A DNA stretch of 64,000 nt from Candidatus Undinarchaeales archaeon. Lineage in GTDB: Archaea > SpSt-1190 > JASMDC01. Positions 34,858 through 42,005 of this stretch are shown here, piece by piece. Below the pieces are notes generated by a model. The model was not told where the DNA came from. It searched no databases and worked only from the letters and a program-made list of their open reading frames with translations. Position numbers and translations under genes: made by a program. The first letter of the stretch is position 1, and each line of letters opens with the position of its first letter. Location: positions 1 to 64,000 of the forward strand of contig JASMDC010000020.1 of assembly GCA_030753015.1 (NCBI GenBank). Reading direction: 5' to 3'.

Positions 34858-36429
34858 TCACCCAGGGGGCATCCCTCCCGAAGGCCGGAGCGTCATAGCG
34901 TGGACGGTGAACGCCCGTCCGGTGAACACGGGTTTGAGCGAGTAACTGGACCTGATACGCATGTCGAGCTCGGCGTAGAACCCCTCGTTCTTCATATGCA
35001 GGTAGTACGCGCACCCCTGGGAACGGTAGCGCGAAGTGAAGACGTTCTCATCGAAGCCGACGATCTGTGTATCGATGGCCTCATGTCCGAGGAAAGAAAT
35101 GGGGACGTAAGGAACATCGGAGACGAAGAAGCAGGAAGGTTCCAGCCGTCCCCGGGCGGTACCGAGCTCACGCCACAGCCCGTCCTTGGTCTCGATGGGT
35201 TCCATCAGTCCCCCTGTCCAGATCGCGTTGACACCGAATCCGAACACCGTGGCCGCAAGAACGATGCCCACCAGCCGTCTTCGGGCATCGGATCCAACAC
35301 GTGCGGCCATGGATCCTGCGCCGAGACCCGCGAGCAGGCATATGACGTGGGAGTACGTCAGCGTGTGCCGAGCGTGGACCGACGTACCGACGAAGGCGTA
35401 GAACACAAAGAACAAGGCAAGCCAGATGAGGAACGGTGCGATGCGCTCACGCTGTTTTCGGTCACGGAGAACGAGCGCGAGGCCTACGACGGCCGGGAGC
35501 GAGATCCACACGGGACATCGGGCCCATGTCGGGCCGAGCCCCCATCCTGCATGGAGCCAGAATCCGATATAGGGGACGATGTTCGTGCGGAAGTAGGTGA
35601 TGCCCAAGCCCGGCCACTGGCCATAGGTCATGATGGACTTCACGACCAGGGGCGAGCAAAGAAGGACGAATCCTGCCACTGGCCAACGCTCACCGGACCG
35701 GACGGGGAGCCGGCCCCGCCATAAGGTCACCGCTGCGAACGGGACGAGGGCCATGAGCCCCTCGGGTTTGACGTAGGCCACTAGACCGAATGTCGCCATA
35801 AGGAACGCCAGTGACGAGGGACGCCGATGGTCCTCCCAGGCGAGGAACGCGAGGCTCGCGAGGAGGACGGTGAACATGTAGATCGCCCCTGCCGCCCATG
35901 ACGTGGAGTACTTCACGTGGAGCGGGAGGACGGTGAGGAAGAGCCCGGAGAGGACCGCTGAGTTCCGGTCGCCGCCCACGGCCCGGGCGAGGAGGTAGAG
36001 CATCGGCACGGAAAAAGAGCCCAGGATGGCGGAAAGGGTGAGGAGACCCTCAACAGAGAATCCGAACAACCAAGAGTACACCGTACCGAGCACGGACATC
36101 CCCGGCGGATACCTGCAGAGGTCGAAGTCAGTGCAGCCTGAGGGGGAGCCGACGACGCACTGCTCGCAGCGGTTGTGGAGGAACACACTACTGACCACGT
36201 TCACGTGGACGTACTCGTCCTCCCACTCAATGAGCTCGTGGGGCACGATCACAACACGAAAGTGGAACGCGACCAGGAACAGAGCGAGCATGAGGAAGGT
36301 ATCGCGTCGGTCGATCCAACGCGATGCCCGGCGGAGAAATGGCACGAAGAAGAGGGCCAGTACGAGCAGGAAGCCCTCTGCCGCCAGAGGGAGGACACGT
36401 GCAAAGAATGCTGCATACTCTGGTCCCAG
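34858..36429 (-). CDS. GT-C fold membrane glycosyltransferase (GT39/ArnT-like)
   Basis: R....WEDE acidic pair in loop 1, RYPPG, LPLHV.YS, VKPEG, RH; many TM helices. The frame extends upstream of GTG 36345 to CTG 36429, which sits 6 nt after AGGTGA. Confidence 0.85.
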   Translation of the reverse strand: MGPEYAAFFARVLPLAAEGFLLVLALFFVPFLRRASRWIDRRDTFLMLALFLVAFHFRVVIVPHELIEWEDEYVHVNVVSSVFLHNRCEQCVVGSPSGCTDFDLCRYPPGMSVLGTVYSWLFGFSVEGLLTLSAILGSFSVPMLYLLARAVGGDRNSAVLSGLFLTVLPLHVKYSTSWAAGAIYMFTVLLASLAFLAWEDHRRPSSLAFLMATFGLVAYVKPEGLMALVPFAAVTLWRGRLPVRSGERWPVAGFVLLCSPLVVKSIMTYGQWPGLGITYFRTNIVPYIGFWLHAGWGLGPTWARCPVWISLPAVVGLALVLRDRKQRERIAPFLIWLALFFVFYAFVGTSVHARHTLTYSHVICLLAGLGAGSMAARVGSDARRRLVGIVLAATVFGFGVNAIWTGGLMEPIETKDGLWRELGTARGRLEPSCFFVSDVPYVPISFLGHEAIDTQIVGFDENVFTSRYRSQGCAYYLHMKNEGFYAELDMRIRSSYSLKPVFTGRAFTVHAMTLRPSGGMPPG

Positions 36430-36608
36430 GTCTACTCACCTGGTCGGGATAAGCCCAGTCATCCATAAACACTTTTGGTTCCGAGAGCGGCTCACTCGCC
36501 GTTCTCGATGGTGCCGTCGCGGGCCCTCAGAACTAGGAGATCGCACCTCGTTGGAGGTCTGCGTCAGAAGCCCGTTTATATAGGTTGTTCCTCCGTTATA
36601 CGGCGTAC

Positions 36609-36663
36609 CTAAAAATATGGGCGGGGGTAGGTAGGGCCCCGGCCGGGATGACCGGCCGGTGCC
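36609..36663 (-). terminator. GC hairpin followed by a T-tract downstream of the paralog triplet
   Basis: GGC-C-CCGGCCGG gatga CCGGCCGG-T-GCC stem at about 36635-36663, then ATATTTTTAG on the minus strand (36618-36609). Confidence 0.5.
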
Positions 36664-36695
36664 TGGGGGGTGGCCTGGCCCTCTTTCAGTACTAC

Positions 36696-37202
36696 CTACT
36701 CCGCGACGTACCGCACGTGGCGGACGTCGTCTGCGACCTCGGCCTCTTCCTTGACACAGTCCTCTATGATCTTGTGCGCTTGCAGAGCGGTCCAGAAGCC
36801 TTTCACGCTCTGGATGGGGTGGCGCCAGTCGGCCAGGACGCTCCTGTACTGGGATAGACCATAGCCCTCTGCGGCCACACTGATCATCATGTCCTCTATG
36901 GCCTCAGCGCTGCCAGTGATGGTCACGCGCATGCCCTCAGTGTTTATCTCCTGTGCCAGGAACCGGCCATAGTGGGTCGTGCGCTCCTCGTAGGGTGCGA
37001 CCTCGATGGTGGCTCCGTACGATTCGGCCACTTCCTGGCCGATCTCGGCAATGGACTCTGCGAAGCCCTCCTGTCGGTCGTCGTAGACCGTGGTCAGCTC
37101 GTTTGAGTTGCGGAACGGCCGCGTAGACATCCATTCATGCTCCTTCGTCACGTAGTCGATCTCGACGCGCTCGATAGGAGTGTCGGTTTCAATCTCGTAC
37201 AT
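36696..37202 (-). CDS. Hypothetical protein, paralog 3 of a tandem triplet
   Basis: ERVEIDYV, VYDDRQEGF, GYGL.Q, ADWRHPIQSVKGF; GGAGG RBS. Confidence 0.85.
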   Translation of the reverse strand: MYEIETDTPIERVEIDYVTKEHEWMSTRPFRNSNELTTVYDDRQEGFAESIAEIGQEVAESYGATIEVAPYEERTTHYGRFLAQEINTEGMRVTITGSAEAIEDMMISVAAEGYGLSQYRSVLADWRHPIQSVKGFWTALQAHKIIEDCVKEEAEVADDVRHVRYVAE

Positions 37203-37204
37203 GT

Positions 37205-37720
37205 CTATTCCTCCCGTTCCACGTAGGTGACGGTGCGCTCGGCGTCACCGGTCTCCTGCAGGACGAACCGCTCGGCGAGCTCATCCTTGGTGTCCCGGGC
37301 CGTGCAGTAGCCTTTCACGCTCTGGATGGGGTGGTGCCAGTCTGCCATGAACCACTCCTCCTGTGGCAGGCCGTACCCACGCTCTGCGACCATGGTTACA
37401 AAGCCCTTTACGGCCTCCTTGGTGCCAGTTAGGGTGACCTTGATGCCATCGGTCTCACGGTACGCATTGGCGAGCGACCTGTTGGCACTGAGCACGTTGC
37501 CCTCGTATGAGCTGATATCCACGGACGCGCCGAACATGTCGTTCATCTCGGTGGCCATACCGTCCATGAAGTTGGTGAAGCCATCCTGACGCTGTTCGTA
37601 TACCGAATGCGTCCTAAATCCGCCCAGAAGGCTGCTGTTGAAGCAATCGGTCTGCTCGGTCACATAATTGAGCTCGACCCGCTCAAGGGGGCCGTCGGTT
37701 TCGCAGTACATGATGATCAC
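37205..37720 (-). CDS. Hypothetical protein, paralog 2 of a tandem triplet
   Basis: ERVELNYV, VYEQRQDGF, GYGLPQ, ADWHHPIQSVKGY. Confidence 0.85.
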   Translation of the reverse strand: MIIMYCETDGPLERVELNYVTEQTDCFNSSLLGGFRTHSVYEQRQDGFTNFMDGMATEMNDMFGASVDISSYEGNVLSANRSLANAYRETDGIKVTLTGTKEAVKGFVTMVAERGYGLPQEEWFMADWHHPIQSVKGYCTARDTKDELAERFVLQETGDAERTVTYVEREE

Positions 37721-37735
37721 CCTGCTATTGCTTGT

Positions 37736-38260
37736 CTAGACATCATCTCGCTGGATCTCGTAGGTGATGTGGCGCACGCCGCTCTCGAGGTGCTCTTTCT
37801 CGACAACATCCCTTTCCAGGGCCTCGATACATCCCCGGGCGGAGAGGTAACCCTTGACGCTCTGGACGGGGTGGCGCCAGTCGGCCATGAATGACTTGTC
37901 CTGAGGGATGCCGTAGCCGGCCTTGGCGATGCCTCCCGTGAGCTCCTCGATGGCAAGGTCCGGACCGATGATGGAGACGCGGACGCCGTCGGTCTCGGTA
38001 AAGACCGCAGAGGACCTGCCGATGATGGGGTGCTTCTCCCCCTGGTAGGGTGTCACCTCGATGGCTAGGGAGCCGTCGTACCGGGACTCCAGCTCGGCGC
38101 CCAGGTCCGTCATGAAGTCGCTGAAGCCCTCCTGTCGGTCGTCGTACACGGTCTGCTCCGTTCGGGGGCTGAAGTACGCCGAGTGGAAGCTATCGGTCCG
38201 CTCGGACACGTAGTTGAGCTCGACACGCTCCAAGAAGCCTGTATCTAGTTCGCTGATCAT
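37736..38260 (-). CDS. Hypothetical protein, paralog 1 of a tandem triplet
   Basis: ERVELNYV, VYDDRQEGF, GYGIPQ, ADWRHPVQSVKGY; TATA-like TTAAAAA on the minus strand at about 38303-38309. Confidence 0.85.
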   Translation of the reverse strand: MISELDTGFLERVELNYVSERTDSFHSAYFSPRTEQTVYDDRQEGFSDFMTDLGAELESRYDGSLAIEVTPYQGEKHPIIGRSSAVFTETDGVRVSIIGPDLAIEELTGGIAKAGYGIPQDKSFMADWRHPVQSVKGYLSARGCIEALERDVVEKEHLESGVRHITYEIQRDDV

Positions 38261-38351
38261 GGTTCGTCACGTCCTGATGAGGGTGCCTGCGGACATGAGG
38301 CGTTTTTAATTATTCCCTTTGGTCGGATGCGGGACACAGGATGGCACGGCG

Positions 38352-39119
38352 CTACTTGCCGTACCGTCGCTGGCGCTGCTGGTAGGTACGGATTGCACGA
38401 AGCAGGTCGATGCGGCGGAACATCGGCCAGTAGGAGTCGCAGAAGTAGAGTTCCGAGTAGGCGCACTGCCAGATGAGGAATCCGGAGAGCCGCTCCTCGC
38501 CGCTGGTCCTGATGATGAGGTCAGGATCGGGGAGCCCTGAGGTATAGAGGCTGCTTGAGACGAGGTTCTCATCCACCTGGTCAAGCTCGATCTCGCCCTT
38601 CTTGACGCGTTCGCAGATGTTGTGGATCGCGTCCAGCACCTCTTGCCGGCCACCGTAGCCGATGGCCACGTTGAACACGTGGTTGTCGTAGTCCTTCGTG
38701 GCCTCTTGGGCGACGTGGATGGCCTTCTGCACTCTCTCGGGGAGCTTGTCCACTTGGCCGATGGCTTGTAGGCGGACCTTCTTGCGGTGGACGCGGGAGT
38801 CGCGCGTGTATCTGGCGAACTCCTTCTCGAATAGGTCCATGAGGCCCTCAACCTCCTCGGTGGGGCGCTTGAAGTTCTCGGTGGAGAAGCCGTACACGGT
38901 CACCACCTTCACCCCCAGATCCCAGCACCATTCGAGCACCTTATGGAGCTTCTTGGCACCATACTCGTGGCCCTTGAGCCCTAGACCCACCTCGGTCCCG
39001 AACCGGCGGTTGCCGTCCATGATGATGGCGATATGCTTGGGTAGTGGGAATCGCTGAACCTCACGCTCGAGCATACGCTCGTACAGTGCGTACACCGGAC
39101 GAAGTAGCGGGAGGCCCAC
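38352..39119 (-). CDS. uppS: cis-prenyltransferase (undecaprenyl/polyprenyl diphosphate synthase)
   Basis: HIAIIMDGNRR, FSTENFKR, YGGRQE, DLIIRTSGE.RLSGFL.WQ, RRYG. Start GTG 39119, about 24 nt from TTATAA at 39143. Confidence 0.96.
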   Translation of the reverse strand: MGLPLLRPVYALYERMLEREVQRFPLPKHIAIIMDGNRRFGTEVGLGLKGHEYGAKKLHKVLEWCWDLGVKVVTVYGFSTENFKRPTEEVEGLMDLFEKEFARYTRDSRVHRKKVRLQAIGQVDKLPERVQKAIHVAQEATKDYDNHVFNVAIGYGGRQEVLDAIHNICERVKKGEIELDQVDENLVSSSLYTSGLPDPDLIIRTSGEERLSGFLIWQCAYSELYFCDSYWPMFRRIDLLRAIRTYQQRQRRYGK

Positions 39120-39207
39120 GGCTGCCAGCAGGGACGGATGACTTATAAGAGTTGTGGCATGGCGGACTGTCACAACCTATTTATTCTATCCCCGAGTCCC
39201 TTTTCTT

Positions 39208-39459
39208 ATGCGCCTACGGATCCTTGTGCGAGAGGTGCTCGTTGCCGGCCAGAAGGTCACCACCTGGATAGACGAGGACTTGGAGTTGAAGGTCGATGCA
39301 ACTGTGGCAAGTCTCCTCAAACAGCTTGAGGAGCGGCTCGCACCGATTGTCAACCAGGGCGCTCACCCGTTCGTCACACTCGAAGGAGAAGAGCCAGACC
39401 CGACATCCCGGATCAAGGACCTCTACAGGTCGGGGGACACGGTCGAGGTATGGCTTTGA
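39208..39459 (+). CDS. Small protein, possible ubiquitin-like beta-grasp (MoaD/SAMP-like) without C-terminal GG
   Basis: MRLRI..., ATVASLLKQL, FVTLEG, LYRSGDTVEVWL*. Confidence 0.55.
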   Translation: MRLRILVREVLVAGQKVTTWIDEDLELKVDATVASLLKQLEERLAPIVNQGAHPFVTLEGEEPDPTSRIKDLYRSGDTVEVWL

Positions 39460-39506
39460 CCGCCGGGGATAACCATATAAGCACGCACCTCCAGTGAAAT
39501 CGCCGG

Positions 39507-40292
39507 ATGCTTTCATACGTCCTCGGAGTGATGAAGGACTTCTTCCACTTCTTTATGCCCGCTCAGGGCCACGAGTTCGAGACCCGTTCCACCGCTTATC
39601 CCCCCTGGGCCAAGGAGCTCTGGCGATATGTCCGTCGCGACATAGCCAAGGTCCAGTTCTCCCGACTGATCGCCGAGACCAAAGCGTTCAAACGGTTCAT
39701 TGGCTGGAAGAAGGCCCATCTGGCGGCCGAGCACCTCGGTAGGATGGCCGATATCCTGCGAGGCAAGGACCAATACAACATCGATAAGTTCGAGGACCTG
39801 ACCGGTATCCCAATCCACCGTGTAGTGGACACGCCCGAGGAGGCGTCGACCTTGTCAGTGGAGATAATAGCAGGCGAGGTCAAGATGAAGATCCGACCTG
39901 AACGTATCCACACCAGGGACGCCAAGGCCGAGCTGGAAGAACGATGGAAAGAACGATTATGGGACCGCTTCCAGAAGAACACGTCGATGGTGTTCGAGAA
40001 CCTCAAGGAGAACGACCTATTCCATGCCGAGAGCTTCATGATGGACATCGTATTCCAGTACGACGGTCTCCAGCCCGAGCGTCGCGAGTTCATCAAGACC
40101 AGTTACCTCGATAAGTACGGCATCGACCTGGAGCGCATGCTGGAGCTGAAGGCCGACGAGAGGGAGCAGCTCAAGCAGTTCATCCGGCTCATCAAGGAGA
40201 AGAAGGAGATGGACGCCATGCTCGATGAGACGTTCGAGATGATGGATGGCCCCGACGACGGCACCGCTCCTGAAGAAGGTCACCAGGACTAG
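39507..40292 (+). CDS. Hypothetical charged helical protein
   Basis: 261-aa ORF with typical codon usage; ATATAAG about 25 nt upstream. Confidence 0.75.
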   Translation: MLSYVLGVMKDFFHFFMPAQGHEFETRSTAYPPWAKELWRYVRRDIAKVQFSRLIAETKAFKRFIGWKKAHLAAEHLGRMADILRGKDQYNIDKFEDLTGIPIHRVVDTPEEASTLSVEIIAGEVKMKIRPERIHTRDAKAELEERWKERLWDRFQKNTSMVFENLKENDLFHAESFMMDIVFQYDGLQPERREFIKTSYLDKYGIDLERMLELKADEREQLKQFIRLIKEKKEMDAMLDETFEMMDGPDDGTAPEEGHQD

Positions 40293-41017
40293 CGTTCCCT
40301 CACCGGGATGCGTTGCAGGTGGACGATCGTCCCACCTCTGTAACCAAGAACGATGGGTACGACCTTCACACCTGCGTCCAGTGCTCGATAGAACGTCTCC
40401 GCAAAGGCCGGATCGGTATCGGCCTTTGGTGCAAAAGAACGGGCGTCGGGTCGGAACACCAGGACCATGACCGCGGCAGAATCACCACGGTCGGCCAGGC
40501 CCATCAATATCTCCAGGTGTTTCCGGCCGCGGACCGTGGGCGCGTCCGGGAAGAGGGCAACACCATCCTCTGCGAGAGTGCATCCCTTCACTTCGAGCCA
40601 GAGGACCGAGCCGTCCGGACGGGTTATCCGGAAATCAAGACGGTGACGTCCGACAGTGACCTCGGGATGGACATCGGCAATCGGGCCGAAGGGCGAAAGG
40701 GCCATATCCCCAATGATGCGCTCAGCCAGGGCACGGTGGAGCCCCGAGTGCACGAGCACCCACTCCTCGCCGTAGCGCGCGGCTATGACGTCCCAAGCAG
40801 TGCTCCTCTTTTCAGATATGGCCCGTCGCACCAGCAACCGGTTGCCCGGATAGAGCAGCTCGTGCAGTCTCCCCGGATCGTGGACATGTACCCGTTCGCT
40901 AGGTAGGGTGCCCCTGTCCGTGTCGATGTCGACCAGCGCGAGGAACCGGTTCGGCCGTTCGACGAGGACACCCTCGGCGTCAACAGGAACATCCAGCAAG
41001 GGTCGCGGGGGCTCCAT
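40289..41017 (-). CDS. sfsA: SfsA DNA/RNA nuclease-like (sugar fermentation stimulation) protein
   Basis: RPNRF, HVHDPGRLHELL, RLDF, EVKGCTL, FPDAPT.RG.KHL. Confidence 0.95.
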   Translation of the reverse strand: MEPPRPLLDVPVDAEGVLVERPNRFLALVDIDTDRGTLPSERVHVHDPGRLHELLYPGNRLLVRRAISEKRSTAWDVIAARYGEEWVLVHSGLHRALAERIIGDMALSPFGPIADVHPEVTVGRHRLDFRITRPDGSVLWLEVKGCTLAEDGVALFPDAPTVRGRKHLEILMGLADRGDSAAVMVLVFRPDARSFAPKADTDPAFAETFYRALDAGVKVVPIVLGYRGGTIVHLQRIPVRER

Positions 41018-41073
41018 CCGCACCCTCCCGGCAAGGAAAAGTATAAATGCGCACCGGGGGGCCGCCCGTGACC

Positions 41074-41949
41074 ATGCCCGAGATAGAGGTGGCTCCAGTG
41101 ACCTATTCCGAGGTTATGGACCGGCTCGAAGAGCTCGGTGGTCAGTACAGTGATGTGCTCACGGTCGATCCCGCCGGCACCTCCCCCAAGGGATACGACA
41201 TCCCCGGAGTCGTGGTCAGGCCCACGGGCGAGGTCCGTGGGACCATGATGGTCGTTGCCGGCCAGCACTTCAGCGAGGCCGCAGGCCCACCCGCCGCACT
41301 GGATTTCCTAGAGGGCTACCTTTCCTCGGAGGATCCGGTGTACCAGGAGGCACGGGAGCATATCGCCCTGGCGGTGGTCCCCTGCGTGAACGTGGACCGC
41401 TACCAGAAGAGGCCCCCCTGTTCCGACTGGATGGCCGACCAGTCGAACGCCCTCGACCAGTACCTCAACGACGGGTACGGCGAGGCTGGCTGGGCCACCC
41501 TCGAGGAACGGGCCGTGATGTCGTTCACCGATCACGTGGAGAGCGAGTACGGCACCATCGACGTAGCGATGGACCTGCACGAGACCTCGGCCAACCGCGG
41601 ACCCTTCAAGGCTCTCGGCTACCTCTCCAAGCGATGGCCTGTGCTCCACCGCATCTTCGGGTGGTCCCCCAACTTCCACGGATTCCTCCTCAACCACGAG
41701 GCACCGCCCAAGGAGGAGGACCGCGGCTACATCGAGGCCGTGCTGGATGCTGCTGACGGCCACATGGATCCGATAAGGGAGAACGAGTGCTCACTTTCCC
41801 ACACATACCAGGGCTATGCTGCTAGCAAAGGTGCCATGGCCATGACCACCGAGACCAACGAGTACGATCCCTTCGAACTGCGGGTGGAGGTCCAGGAGAG
41901 CTCCCTGGATGCGGTGCTACGCGAGCTCGTCGAGCGAACCCGGGAGTGA
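41074..41949 (+). CDS. M14-clan zinc carboxypeptidase / desuccinylase-like hydrolase
   Basis: AGQHFSE (HxxE), VVPCVNVD, MDLHE, TTE. Confidence 0.8.
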   Translation: MPEIEVAPVTYSEVMDRLEELGGQYSDVLTVDPAGTSPKGYDIPGVVVRPTGEVRGTMMVVAGQHFSEAAGPPAALDFLEGYLSSEDPVYQEAREHIALAVVPCVNVDRYQKRPPCSDWMADQSNALDQYLNDGYGEAGWATLEERAVMSFTDHVESEYGTIDVAMDLHETSANRGPFKALGYLSKRWPVLHRIFGWSPNFHGFLLNHEAPPKEEDRGYIEAVLDAADGHMDPIRENECSLSHTYQGYAASKGAMAMTTETNEYDPFELRVEVQESSLDAVLRELVERTRE

Positions 41950-42005
41950 ACCGGGGTCTGCTCGCGGGATATCCATTTTTATCATTCACATCTTTTGTGG
42001 TCCTT

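Noticed and set aside
38274-38300. CTGATGA resembling a hammerhead core or C box
   Set aside because: No matching GAAA core with three stems, and no well-placed D box.
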